Assembly: GCA_965228895.1 (NCBI GenBank)
Contig: OZ245842.1
Location: 3,040,001 to 3,104,000 of the forward strand
DNA length: 64,000 nt
Source of the DNA: Alphaproteobacteria bacterium
GTDB lineage: Bacteria; Pseudomonadota; Alphaproteobacteria; SP197
Direction of reading: 5' to 3'
Both the position numbers and the translations under genes were made by a program. Positions 26,340-36,204 of the stretch are shown here, piece by piece (the first letter of the stretch is position 1; each line of letters starts with the position of its first letter). A model generated the notes under the pieces. The model did not search any database, was not told where the DNA came from, and worked only from the letters and a program-made list of their open reading frames with translations.

Positions 26340-26954
26340 ATGGATCTTCACGTCTACGCAGCCTTTGTCGTCGCAACGGCCATCATGATCTTTCTGCCCG
26401 GGCCCAGCGTCATCCTGACCGTCGCTCACGGCATCTCTTTCGGTTGGCAGCGCGCACTTGTGACCGTGGCGGGCGCGACCGCAGGTGTCGGCGTGCAGCT
26501 CATGATCGCCACCATCGGCCTCGTCTCACTGTTGCATGTCGTTGCCGAAGCCTTCGAATGGCTGCGCTGGGCGGGCGCGCTCTACCTCGTCTATCTGGGC
26601 ATCAAGCAATGGCGTAGCGCCGCGGTGCCACGCGACGATACCGCGCCGCCGGCATCGCGCAAGAGCCTCTTCGTGCAGGGCCTCGTCATCACCATTCCCA
26701 ATCCCAAGAGCCTGATCTTCATCGCGGCGTTCCTGCCCCAGTTCCTTGATGCCGCACGTCCGTTGGAAACCCAGTTCGCGATCATCGTGCCGACATTTCT
26801 GGTCATCACCTTTGTCGTCACCGGCGTCTGGGCTGTCGCCGCCGGCAAGGCCCGGCAGTTCCTGAGGAGCCCCAAGGCGCAGCGCGTCGTGGCGCGCGTC
26901 TCCGGCAGCCTGATGATCGCCGCCGGCGCCGGCCTTGCGCTGGCGCGGCGTTGA
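26340..26954 (+). CDS. LysE/RhtB family translocator
   Basis: PGP motif, GALYLVYLG, NPK, FLPQF. Confidence 0.92.
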   Translation: MDLHVYAAFVVATAIMIFLPGPSVILTVAHGISFGWQRALVTVAGATAGVGVQLMIATIGLVSLLHVVAEAFEWLRWAGALYLVYLGIKQWRSAAVPRDDTAPPASRKSLFVQGLVITIPNPKSLIFIAAFLPQFLDAARPLETQFAIIVPTFLVITFVVTGVWAVAAGKARQFLRSPKAQRVVARVSGSLMIAAGAGLALARR

Positions 26955-26968
26955 CCCGAGACACGCCC

Positions 26969-27595
26969 ATGGAAAGCGCGTGGTTGACATGGGCCAAGAG
27001 ACTTCAGGCTATCGCTGCGACCGGCCTGCATTACTGCGAGGACGCCTTTGATCGGGAGCGCTACGAAGAAATCGACCAGATCGCGCAATCGATGATCGCC
27101 GAACTCGGCGCGCTACCAATCGAACAGGTTAAAGGCCTGCTGGCCGATCCCGCCATGGGTGGTTACGCGACACCCAAGATTGACGTACGGGCCGCGGTGA
27201 TCAGCGACGGCAAGGTCCTGCTTGTGCGCGAGCGCGGTGACGGCCGATGGTCCCTGCCCGGTGGCATGGCCGATGTCGGTCGCTCGGCAACGGAAAATGT
27301 GGTCAAGGAAGTCTGGGAGGAAGCCGGCCTGCGGGTCGACGTGACGGACCTCTATAGTGTGCGCCACCGTGCCAAGTACGCCTATGATCCCGATATCCGT
27401 GACTTCTACAAACTTCATTTTCTTTGCCGGCAAACCGATGGTGCATCGCCCAAACCCGGCCTGGAGACAAGCGCTGTGGCATTCTTTTCGCCCGATGATC
27501 TGCCGGAATTGTCGACCGAACGTATTCTGGCAAGCGACATCGATGCAGCCTTTGCCTTTCATGCCGGCGCGTCGCGCCAGACTCATTTCGACTAA
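26969..27595 (+). CDS. NUDIX hydrolase with N-terminal domain (YjhB-like)
   Basis: WAKRLQAIAATGL..FDRERY, GYATPKIDVR, WSLPGG..D...KEVWEEAG. Confidence 0.92.
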   Translation: MESAWLTWAKRLQAIAATGLHYCEDAFDRERYEEIDQIAQSMIAELGALPIEQVKGLLADPAMGGYATPKIDVRAAVISDGKVLLVRERGDGRWSLPGGMADVGRSATENVVKEVWEEAGLRVDVTDLYSVRHRAKYAYDPDIRDFYKLHFLCRQTDGASPKPGLETSAVAFFSPDDLPELSTERILASDIDAAFAFHAGASRQTHFD

Positions 27596-27667
27596 GGGGA
27601 ACGCAGCAACCGTGTGTCTCGACAACCATGTGGTCGCCGCACCGTGCGGGCCTCCCAAGAGCCGGCA

Positions 27668-27820
27668 ATGAGCGGCGTCACCTTCACCGTTTATCCGCTG
27701 GATCCGGACTTGCCGAGCAATCGGTACGGCGGACGCACCACGCTTTTCGAACGTGCAGGTTTTCTAGAAGTTGGCCGGGCGGGCACGCGCCGTTTCGATT
27801 TGCGCATTGCCTTCCGTTGA
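27668..27820 (+). pseudogene. C-terminal remnant of a GNAT-type acetyltransferase gene
   Basis: YPLDPDLPSNRYGG...FERAGFLEVGRAGTRR resembles GNAT C-termini; no N-terminal part present. Confidence 0.5.
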
Positions 27821-27848
27821 CATGGTACCAAGAACAAAAGGCCCCTTG

Positions 27849-28469
27849 ATGACCGATGTATCACTGACACTCGCCCTAGAGCACCGCCGGACCTGCCGGG
27901 AGTTCGACAGCCGCGCCCTGCCGCTACCGGTGGTGCATCGCCTGCTGTGGGCGGCCCAAGGCATCACCGGCGCCATGGGCGAGCGTACGGCGCCGTCGGC
28001 CCATGCGCTGCATCCCCTGCGCCTGGTGCTGGTGGTCGGCGCGGTCGAGGGGCTGGAGTCCGGCGTCTATGCCGCCGACCCGCAGACCGGGCGGCTGACC
28101 ATGACCGTGCACCGGGATGTCCGTGGCGAATTGCAGGCCGCCGCGCTCGACGACCAGCCATGGATCGGTCTTGCGCCTTTCATGCTGACCTTGTGCGCGG
28201 ACTTCGTGACGCCGGCGAAAGACTTTGCCGATCAGCCGCCCTATGGCCAGCGCGGCGAACGCTACGTCTATATCGAAGCCGGCGCGGCCGCCCAGAACGT
28301 GCAGCTTCAGGCGGTGTCGGAAGGGCTCGGCTGCGTCCTCGTCGCCGGTTTCAAGGACGAGGCGACGGCGGGCCTGCTCGACCTCAAACCCCCGCTCGCC
28401 CCGGTGCTGCATCTGTGCCTGGGCTGGCCGCAAATCCCCGACGGCACCGTCGACCTGTTCTCCGCATAG
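27849..28469 (+). CDS. SagB/ThcOx-type nitroreductase
   Basis: RRTCREF, LLWAAQG, RTAPSA.ALHP, YIEAGAAAQN. Confidence 0.88.
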   Translation: MTDVSLTLALEHRRTCREFDSRALPLPVVHRLLWAAQGITGAMGERTAPSAHALHPLRLVLVVGAVEGLESGVYAADPQTGRLTMTVHRDVRGELQAAALDDQPWIGLAPFMLTLCADFVTPAKDFADQPPYGQRGERYVYIEAGAAAQNVQLQAVSEGLGCVLVAGFKDEATAGLLDLKPPLAPVLHLCLGWPQIPDGTVDLFSA

Positions 28470-28523
28470 GACAAAAAGCCGATAATGCGTCCCTCGCCAT
28501 GACGTCAAAGGGGGACCCATCCG

Positions 28524-29084
28524 ATGGCATCGAAAGCGCGCAAGGCGCCATCACAAGCCGATATCAAGATCTTCATGCTGTCGACCGTCTCGCTTTCGGT
28601 CGCGGCTTGGGACATCGCGTTCAATCTGGGCGTCTTCAACACGATCTTCTTCGACAAGGTTTTCACGGTCTGGGCCGCCTCGACGGCGGCGCTGATCGCC
28701 AGTTTCTTCGTGCCGCCACCCGACGACCGCAAACGCCTGGTCAGCTGGCGTGGCCGGTTTGTGTTGCTGATCCCGACACTGTGGATGTTGGTCGATCTTG
28801 AGTCGGGCGTCAGCCTGACGGGCACCGAGATCGACACCCATCTCTCCTGGCTGTCGCTTGTCGTCGCGCTGGTCACCCTGCCCTACACGCTCTACGTGCT
28901 CGTCATCATGGTGACGCCCGACCTGATCAACCTGAAACAGCCCCGCTACTTCGCCGCCATGTTCGTCATCGTCGCCTTCATCGCCGCCGTCGGCCTTGCG
29001 GTCGGTCATTACAACGAGGATTTCCTGACCTGCCAGGACTTCATCATCTCCGGCAACGACACGCCGGCGCGCTGCAAGGGGTGA
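28524..29084 (+). CDS. Hypothetical membrane protein (about 5 TM, C-terminal Cys pair)
   Basis: Hydrophobic segments; FLTCQDF..SGN..P..C tail; coding-like codon usage. Confidence 0.7.
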   Translation: MASKARKAPSQADIKIFMLSTVSLSVAAWDIAFNLGVFNTIFFDKVFTVWAASTAALIASFFVPPPDDRKRLVSWRGRFVLLIPTLWMLVDLESGVSLTGTEIDTHLSWLSLVVALVTLPYTLYVLVIMVTPDLINLKQPRYFAAMFVIVAFIAAVGLAVGHYNEDFLTCQDFIISGNDTPARCKG

Positions 29085-29121
29085 GGTAGGCGAACGATCA
29101 GTTCTTGAGTCTGGAAGGTGA

Positions 29122-30603
29122 CTAAGTCTTTGCCAGCGGCCCAAGTGCCTTGATGAGCGGCTGCAGTTCGGCCTCATACATCTTCCAGCGGCCTACCGAG
29201 GAGCTGTAGAGCGGCTGGCGGACCTGCCAGGTGCTTGCCGTTACGACGGTGCGTTTGTTTTCGAAGAACCTCTCGCACCGTGGGTGCCAATCCAGTCCGC
29301 AGAAAGCAAGAAGGTCGCGCGACACCGCCTCCTGGTTCTCGATCATGTCCTCATAGGAAAGATCGTAAATCGGGAGTGGCAGCACCTCCCGCCAGTGGGT
29401 CATGAGGTCATGGTAAAGGCGGTAGTAGTGGGCGAGATCGTCGAGATCGAACGTGTGTTCCATGCCCGTGGCGAACTTCTTGAAGTAGCACGACAGGCAG
29501 ACATCGAGTGGCGAACGCATGCAATGAATGATACGCGCGTTCGGAAACATAATGGCGATCAAGCCGAGATGCCGAAAGTTTGCCGGGTTCTTGTCGACGG
29601 TCCGTGCGGCACCCGATGCCAAGGTCGCCGTGCGGTGCAGGTACGCATCGGCAAACTGGCGGTGCGCAGTGACATCCATGTCGCGGAGACAACCGGGATA
29701 GATGGCGCCGGGTTTTGATTGGGCAGGAAGCGCGTTCGCGATGTCGGTGAGATCGCCCAGTTCGCCGAGCCCGGCTACCTTTGGGTGACTGGAGAGGATC
29801 TGCTCCACCAATGTCGTTCCCGAACGCGCCATGCCGACGATGAAGATCGGCGCGTCGCTTTCAACGCCATGGCCGGCATAACGATCGAACAGCGTCTTGT
29901 CGAAGACCAACTTCTGGTCGGCAGTGAAGGTCTCCTCCCACGTTCTGTCGTAGCTGCCCGCCATGAGGCGGTTGGCGTCGCGAAAGTGCGCGAAAGCAGG
30001 AGATGGTTTGCCCATGTCATCGTGCATTTTGCCTGCGGCAAAGTGCAAAAAGCAGCGCTCGGATTTTGAGAGATTCGATGTCTTGCAAAGTGCCTCGACC
30101 CTGTCGACCGTGCCGTCGCCCCGCTTGAACTTGTGCGACAAGGAAAGGCTGAAGTAGGCCTCGGCGAAGTCAGGCTTCAGGCTGATTGCCCGGTTCAGAT
30201 GCCGGCGCGCGGCCGCCATGTCACCCAGGCGCTGATCGATCACCCCGAGATTGTAGTAGGGCAACGGATCGGAAGAGTCGATCTTGATGGCCGTCTTAAG
30301 GTAGCGCTGCGCGGCCTTCAGATCGTCCATGGCGAACGCGGCGATACCCAGTTGGGTCCAGGTCTTGGCGTGTTTTTTGTTCTTCTTGAGGATGTGTCGA
30401 AACACCTCGCCAGCCTCTAGATGTCGACCAGCCTTCTGCAGCGCCATGCCCTGGTTGAATCTGACAAGGATTTCCGGAACCAGAGGTTGCTCGGTGTTAC
30501 GTGTTGTCGCCGGCATAGGCTTGTGCCGCGCAACTCTTTCGCCAGAAGTCGCCATGCGCATCGACCTTGAGTCCAAAGAGTTATTTGATCTAATCTTTGG
30601 CAT
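29122..30603 (-). CDS. TPR-containing sulfotransferase
   Basis: N-terminal TPRs; PIFIVGMARSGTTLVEQIL, DKNP.NF, R.PLDVCLSCY, TAS..QVRQP. Confidence 0.92.
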   Translation of the reverse strand: MPKIRSNNSLDSRSMRMATSGERVARHKPMPATTRNTEQPLVPEILVRFNQGMALQKAGRHLEAGEVFRHILKKNKKHAKTWTQLGIAAFAMDDLKAAQRYLKTAIKIDSSDPLPYYNLGVIDQRLGDMAAARRHLNRAISLKPDFAEAYFSLSLSHKFKRGDGTVDRVEALCKTSNLSKSERCFLHFAAGKMHDDMGKPSPAFAHFRDANRLMAGSYDRTWEETFTADQKLVFDKTLFDRYAGHGVESDAPIFIVGMARSGTTLVEQILSSHPKVAGLGELGDLTDIANALPAQSKPGAIYPGCLRDMDVTAHRQFADAYLHRTATLASGAARTVDKNPANFRHLGLIAIMFPNARIIHCMRSPLDVCLSCYFKKFATGMEHTFDLDDLAHYYRLYHDLMTHWREVLPLPIYDLSYEDMIENQEAVSRDLLAFCGLDWHPRCERFFENKRTVVTASTWQVRQPLYSSSVGRWKMYEAELQPLIKALGPLAKT

Positions 30604-30911
30604 ATAACTCTTTCGATAAATAAATCTCTCACCAATATTACCTGACTATTGTTAACGATCTGTGTCGAATACGCAAATCTTCAACAATCGGCGCGATCTT
30701 GATCGCGTTGATGTTGCGAGTTTTGAACGGGATATTGTCTGGTCGTGTTTTTGCGCGGCACGCCGGCTTAAGCCGTGTCGGGCCAGCGCCAAAGCAGCCT
30801 TGCGTCATGGCGCGCTCGTGCCCGGGCGATACCACGCCGAACGATCGGCGCACCGACGGAGCGCCGCGCCAACACAAGGCGCGTCAACAGCAATGAAAGG
30901 ATGAAGTGAAG

Positions 30912-30929
30912 TGGCGTCCCCAGGGGGAC
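30912..30929 (-). repeat. att site: duplicated tRNA-Glu 3' end including CCA
   Basis: Minus strand reads GTCCCCCTGGGGACGCCA. Confidence 0.85.
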
Positions 30930-31085
30930 GCACGCGCCATCACCCATCGGCGCGACCGGTCGTCAGGCTTTAGATCTCAGTCAGACTAGGTCCGCTCTTG
31001 AGGGCTTAGCGGTCGGCCAGAGCAACATGCTCCAACACCTGTTGATAGCCATAGGTGGACGTTTCTGGTGTCCCCTGATTACCTT

Positions 31086-31850
31086 CTAAAAACGCGGGGT
31101 CCTTCGGGGACGCTTTGACATCCACTGAGATGCGTAGTGTCCGACCGACGCCCGCGCTCTTCGTTGATTGTATGATTTTATCTTGTCAAAAATTGGTTGA
31201 GAGTTGAAACCGCCTTTGCGGCAGCAGTCGACAAAATCCTCTTTTCCGATCAAGGCAATGTACGCTTGAGAATCTGAATTCGTTGGAATGAGTAACCAAA
31301 GGTCGTGCCGTCCAATGTCTTCACCAAAATCAACAAAGACGGGCACACTACTGGTGAACCATTCCATAAAGAGTCTACTGAACATTGGAAAAATGCTCAT
31401 TATCAACGGCTGTTGAGAAACACTTAGTCCATGATCTCTGACCGTTTCGTTGAATTGTTTGAGATCCCTCTTTCGGCGACGGCCGTCAACAACCCACACC
31501 ATACTCCCGTAAAATGCTTCACGTGACCGTCGCTCCACTGGATTGATGTGCGAGTGCTGAAACTCGATTACCAAGTCCTGATCTGTCTTCACATCGGCTA
31601 CATGTTTCTCGCCATCATCTGCCCAACACACACCTTCCTGCCACTTAACAGGAAAGTGGTTCTTCCATTTGCGGTGCCACTCGGTTTCGCTTTCCCACCA
31701 GGAGTCGCATTTCCGTTTAGCCTTGTGTGCCCAGTGCCAGATGTTCTTTTCACCACATTTGGCGATGGTCGCTCCCCCACACACTAAACACTCACCCCGC
31801 AGGTGCGGTTGGGCTTCCTGGCGTTGTCCGTCAACATTGGCGAATTTCAT
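31086..31850 (-). CDS. CoiA-like nuclease family protein
   Basis: CLVC..KCG...HWAH..CD.W.E.ETEWH, HVADV, VIEFQHS, RE.FY..MVWV. Confidence 0.85.
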   Translation of the reverse strand: MKFANVDGQRQEAQPHLRGECLVCGGATIAKCGEKNIWHWAHKAKRKCDSWWESETEWHRKWKNHFPVKWQEGVCWADDGEKHVADVKTDQDLVIEFQHSHINPVERRSREAFYGSMVWVVDGRRRKRDLKQFNETVRDHGLSVSQQPLIMSIFPMFSRLFMEWFTSSVPVFVDFGEDIGRHDLWLLIPTNSDSQAYIALIGKEDFVDCCRKGGFNSQPIFDKIKSYNQRRARASVGHYASQWMSKRPRRTPRF

Positions 31851-31894
31851 TGTGCACCTCTTAGTGCAACCCTCTACCCGCGCAGGCAGGCCAA

Positions 31895-32980
31895 CTACCG
31901 TGCCAACGCGTTCAGAAGCAGCCCGATAAACACAGCCCACAGCGCCAGCGTCACATGCCACAGCCGGATCGGTTTCTGCAATTGGCTGATGGGTTCGACC
32001 AGTTGGTTTGCCTCAGGACCGGTAACAGGCGCTTGCTCGATGTCCCTCGGCTGATCGTGGGTCTCATCCACCTTGTCGAGTTCATCAGAATCAAATCCTA
32101 TCGCGTGATCTCGATAGCCCTGAATTGGCTCTGATCCGATTGGCTTGGGCGTTGTTACTTGAATGCTTTCCAAAATGGCCTGGCCCATCGTGTAGTGCTT
32201 CTTCTTCTCCAGAAAAAACGTTTGATGTTGATATGGTTCAGCTAAGTTTCGCTCGACCTCTCCTTGAAACACCAAAACCCTAATCGTAGCGATGCAAACG
32301 GCGTTTGGGCCTACCTCCTGGACGCGCTGCACGATGCCGTTGAAAGTTTCTTCCGGCACGTAAAACTCAAACCACAAGTCACCGGCTTGGCACTGATCGG
32401 CCCAGCTCCATTTGAGAACATCGTCATCAACAAAGCCGACAACACCCACTCGGTGGCCATCAATTGCGTGGATGCTAATTGTACCTTTTCCCGACCGAGA
32501 AAAACCTGTTGGGGGCTCCCCTCCATCCACAAGCAGGCTCAGCCCTCTATCGTCTTCCAGCGAGCATTTGCCGCGAATGAAGCGCACTCGGCCGCGATCA
32601 GGAACGCGGAATCGCTTGTTGAATACATTAACGCGTTGCTCGCGCTCCTTGGCATCCTCCTCAGTTTCTTCTACACCCTCAAAGATCGGTCTCTCACTTA
32701 TGAGATCAACAAACTTTTCCCGCTCGTCCTCCGATTTGTTCTCGTCCGCACCGGGTGGTTTTGAGCGGGTGAGGTCGGCCTTTAGATCAGAGCTAGATTC
32801 ATTCTCCAAGACCTTAAAGGAATCTGCGATTTGGACGTCATACATACAAACGAATAGAAGTCGCCATTCGGCATACCAATCGAAAGGGCGCTTTCCTTCC
32901 TCCCAGTATTCGATGAAATGAAAGTCGTTTTTCTTTTCGAGCCGCTTCCTAAAGTCTGACTTTTGAGTCTCAGCCGCCAT
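31895..32980 (-). CDS. Hypothetical protein with C-terminal transmembrane anchor
   Basis: 361-aa ORF with GGAGG RBS, low-GC codon usage, terminal LWHVTLALWAVFIGLLLNAL. Confidence 0.7.
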   Translation of the reverse strand: MAAETQKSDFRKRLEKKNDFHFIEYWEEGKRPFDWYAEWRLLFVCMYDVQIADSFKVLENESSSDLKADLTRSKPPGADENKSEDEREKFVDLISERPIFEGVEETEEDAKEREQRVNVFNKRFRVPDRGRVRFIRGKCSLEDDRGLSLLVDGGEPPTGFSRSGKGTISIHAIDGHRVGVVGFVDDDVLKWSWADQCQAGDLWFEFYVPEETFNGIVQRVQEVGPNAVCIATIRVLVFQGEVERNLAEPYQHQTFFLEKKKHYTMGQAILESIQVTTPKPIGSEPIQGYRDHAIGFDSDELDKVDETHDQPRDIEQAPVTGPEANQLVEPISQLQKPIRLWHVTLALWAVFIGLLLNALAR

Positions 32981-33855
32981 CGCGAATCGCCTCCACGCGT
33001 AGTGCCTGGCCCTAGTTTAGAGTTCAAGCGGCTTGGCGAAAGCATCGATCTAACTGCAGGCCATCCGGAGCGCTCGACAGAGCCGGTCTTGGTGTCCGCC
33101 TTGGGTCATAAGCAGACTTCGATTGAGCTGAAGCATCATGTCTGCTCTTTGGTTGTTTCCCGACGTGTTCGCAGGATGAGTTTTTTGTCTTCGAACGACC
33201 GCCGCTCCGAGGTGTCGGCTTGGCGGGTGCGACCCTACTCCATGGATCGACTTTGTTAGTATGAGTTCGTGTCCTTGCCGGCGATTAACCGATAACGTCG
33301 ATCAGCAACCGAATCTGTTTTGTCGTGCGCGTCAGTTTCGATGACGAAGCACGGGGTCTGATATCTTGCCTCAGCACGTCAAGATGTCTGAAAGGAGTTC
33401 TGGGTCGAACTTTGACGCATGCCGAGTTCAAACCGTGTCACGACAGCCATACATGTTGCCGGATTTCTTTCCAGACGATACTAAATCTACTAATCGTCAG
33501 CGACTTTGCGTCAGTGACTTGACACGGTCGGCGGTACTGAACAACGTCATTGCGTGCTGGTGGGGCTAGGTCGGCCACCGAACGGCGCGACGCTCATCCC
33601 GCGCCTGCTCTGCCAGCTTTCGTTTGAATGAGCACATGATCGAGCAACAACATGACCATGATGACGGACCTGATCGTAGATTCGGGCGGCGCTCCGCATG
33701 TTCTATTGCTAGCTCTGGAGGAAGAGCGCTCAGCAATTGGCCGACCGGACATCTCCGCGCCCGGGGTGGCAATGACATATGGGTGGCTGCCTCGGGCGAC
33801 CGTGACAGCGTTCGACGGCGTCTTCATCGATGCCGGAACCGTCTTGTTCCTTGAC

Positions 33856-34320
33856 CGCGAGCTCGAGGACAAAATCGCGCGCGTCGTGGCGGCGATAGCC
33901 GACGGCACCGATACGCCCGCCCTTCGCGCCCACTTGGTCGCGCTCGAGGCGCAGAAGGCCGAGCTGGCGAGCTCGGTCGGGCCCGACGAGCCGGACGCCG
34001 GCGACGTCGCCCTAATGCCCGACCTTGCCAAGCGCTACCGCGCCAAGGTCGCTATGCTCGAGCAGGCCTTGACCGAGGACCCACGCACGCGCGCCGGCGC
34101 GGCCGAGGAGATCCGCGAGCTCGTCGACTCCATAACGGCAATGCCACGCAACGAGCCCGCGCAATGGGATCTCAAGCTGACCGGCCGTCTCGAAGCGATT
34201 CTGGCGCTCGCTGCTGGAACGCTCGGCGAACGCCGGCACGGTACACAGCGCGAACATGATCGAAAAGGTGTGATAGCGAGTGCGTCCCCAGGGGGACTCG
34301 AACCCCCGTTTTCGGCGTGA
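33856..34320 (+). pseudogene. C-terminal remnant of a large serine recombinase reading into the tRNA
   Basis: KIARVVAAIADG...L..LE..K..L, P.LA.RYR.KV..L..AL, IRELVD.I, L.G.L..ILALA; no catalytic N-terminal domain; ends SPGGLEPP across the tRNA T-arm. Confidence 0.7.
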
Positions 34321-34355
34321 GAGGCCGATGTCCTAGGCCACTAGACGATGGGGAC
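34283..34355 (-). tRNA. tRNA-Glu (CTC)
   Basis: Acceptor GTCCCCA/TGGGGAC, anticodon stem TCGGC/GCCGA with loop CT-CTC-AC, T-arm GGGGG-TTCGAGT-CCCCC; CCA not encoded. Confidence 0.96.
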
Positions 34356-34581
34356 GCAAGACGCCATCGGGCGTGGAATACCTGACATAGTGGCTTCCCT
34401 TGATCCGGTCAACAGGTGCGTGACACGCGGCGTTGGGGTGCCGACACCTGGACGGCGTTGCGGTCGACGGGTTTACGCCCATCGCCTGAACGTGAGCGTT
34501 GGGCGCTTGTCCGATGTCTTCGGCCGTGCGACTATTTTTTCCTGTCATGGCAGGTGGTTGACTGGACTGGAAAGGGAGAGC

Positions 34582-35244
34582 ATGGGCGGTTTGATTGAGT
34601 TTTCGCGTCCCGATGGCGGCAGCACAAAGGGTTATCAGGCGCATGCCGGCGACGGCCGGCCTGGCGTCGTCGTGATTCAGGAATGGTGGGGTCTGAACGA
34701 CCAGATCTGCGGCGTCGCCGACCGCTTCGCACGCGCCGGCTATAACGCCATCGCGCCGGACCTTTATCAGGGCCGGGTCACCACCGTGCCGGACGAAGCC
34801 AACCATATGATGGAAGGCCTCGACTTTCCCGGGGCGACCAACGAAGACCTGCGCGGCGCGGTCCAGCACCTGAAGCAGACCAGCGGCAAGGTCGCGGTGA
34901 TGGGTTTTTGCATGGGCGGCGCGCTGACCATTGCCGCCGCGGTTCATGTGCCGGAGACCGATGCGGCCGTCTGCTTCTACGGCATTCCACCCGCGTCTTT
35001 CGCCGATCCCGCCACCATCAAGGTGCCGTTCCAGGGCCACTTCGCCAATATCGACGACTGGTGCACGCCAGCGGCGGTCGACGAGCTGGAGGCGTCGATG
35101 AAATCCGGTGGCGTCGACTATGAACTCTTTCGTTATGAGGCCCAGCATGCGTTTTTCAACGAGCGGGCCGAGGGCATCTACGACACCGCTTGCGCCAACC
35201 AGGCTTGGGAGCGTATGAGCGCGTTTCTTAGCGGACATCTGTGA
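34582..35244 (+). CDS. Dienelactone hydrolase family protein
   Basis: VVIQEWWGL, APDLY, GFCMGG nucleophile, FYG, HAFFN. Confidence 0.93.
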   Translation: MGGLIEFSRPDGGSTKGYQAHAGDGRPGVVVIQEWWGLNDQICGVADRFARAGYNAIAPDLYQGRVTTVPDEANHMMEGLDFPGATNEDLRGAVQHLKQTSGKVAVMGFCMGGALTIAAAVHVPETDAAVCFYGIPPASFADPATIKVPFQGHFANIDDWCTPAAVDELEASMKSGGVDYELFRYEAQHAFFNERAEGIYDTACANQAWERMSAFLSGHL

Positions 35245-35268
35245 GTGGGCGGAACGGCTGACAACGAC

Positions 35269-36057
35269 ATGACCAATCTGAACGAGACACCGCGGCGTCG
35301 GCGGTCTTGCGCGCCGCTTGCCGTCTTGTGCGGCGCGGCCATGGTGCTGCTCGCCGCGTGTCAGTCACCCAAGACGTCGGCCCAGCTCAGTGACAGCGAC
35401 TATGTCGATAACTTCGAGACGATCGCGTTCTATCGCGAGTTCGACCCCGACAAACGCGCGCGCCGGCTGACGCGCTGGGAAGAGCCCTTGAACGTCGCCC
35501 TGGTCGGCGATGTTACCGATCGTTATCTCGAGTACACCCTGGTGCATCTGGACGAGATATCCGACATGAGCGGGTTGCCCATCAACATCGTCGGGCCTGA
35601 AAACAAGGCGAACGTGGTGGTAATTTTCTCGCCCGACCCCTTCAGACAAGCGGTCACGACCTATCGCGACGTTTACCGGCCCTTCTTTTCCAGCGAACGG
35701 CTGATGGAGAAGCTGACCGCCGAGATGGAGGACCAGGCGACGTGCTACGGCCGCATCGTCACCGCCGACGACCGGCCCAATGAGATCGTGGCGGCCGTCA
35801 TCTTGATCCCGACCGATCTCGGCCGCTTTATCGTGCGCGCCTGCATCATCGAGGAATTGACCCAGGCGATGGGCCTGTTCAACGATTCCGACGATGTCGA
35901 ACCGTCGATTTTCAACGACTCCAGCCCCAACATGGCGCTGACCGACCACGACCGCATCCTGTTCCGCCTGCTTTATGACCGGCGCCTGTCGCCCGGCATG
36001 TCATGGCCGGAGGCCGAGCCGATCGTGCGTCAGGCGGTGACGGAAATCCGCACCTAG
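35269..36057 (+). CDS. DUF2927 family lipoprotein
   Basis: Lipobox LAAC; L.RW..P; CIIEELTQAMGLFNDS, SIFND, D..L..LLYD.RL.PGM. Confidence 0.87.
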   Translation: MTNLNETPRRRRSCAPLAVLCGAAMVLLAACQSPKTSAQLSDSDYVDNFETIAFYREFDPDKRARRLTRWEEPLNVALVGDVTDRYLEYTLVHLDEISDMSGLPINIVGPENKANVVVIFSPDPFRQAVTTYRDVYRPFFSSERLMEKLTAEMEDQATCYGRIVTADDRPNEIVAAVILIPTDLGRFIVRACIIEELTQAMGLFNDSDDVEPSIFNDSSPNMALTDHDRILFRLLYDRRLSPGMSWPEAEPIVRQAVTEIRT

Positions 36058-36142
36058 TTCACAAACCCTCGGATTGTCGAGAGCTGCGCGGCGGCGGAAT
36101 CGTGCGGCCGCGTTCACGGGCATACCGATCAGCGGTTTTGTT

Positions 36143-36161
36143 ATTGCAAGTCATTCGCATT
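36143..36161. promoter_or_regulatory. Alphaproteobacterial Fur/Mur-type box ATTGCAAGTCATTCGCATT
   Basis: 19-bp imperfect palindrome TGC(A/G)A-N-TT(C/T)GCA about 45 nt upstream of an imelysin gene. Confidence 0.6.
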
Positions 36162-36204
36162 TGCGTTTAAGACTCCCCGTCAACGACCACCTGTGGGGAC
36201 AACC

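Larger units (their letters stand above)
30912..34297. mobile_element. Decayed genomic islet integrated at the tRNA-Glu 3' end
   Basis: 16-bp direct repeat GCGTCCCCAGGGGGAC at 30914-30929 and 34282-34297; recombinase remnant; visibly AT-richer cargo. Confidence 0.82.

Noticed and set aside
27849-28469. SagB-like gene as part of an azole RiPP cluster
   Set aside because: No YcaO/cyclodehydratase or precursor nearby; stand-alone nitroreductase.
30638-30904. Short ORFs upstream of the sulfotransferase
   Set aside because: No motifs, no RBS and no coding-like codon bias; likely promoter/junction sequence.
33652-34320. 222-aa ORF as an intact gene
   Set aside because: Only the part from about 33856 resembles a recombinase C-terminus; the catalytic domain is absent and the N-terminal part looks unrelated.
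34348-34581. N-terminal extension of the dienelactone hydrolase ORF
   Set aside because: Overlaps the tRNA and its upstream region; the RBS (GGGAG) supports ATG 34582.
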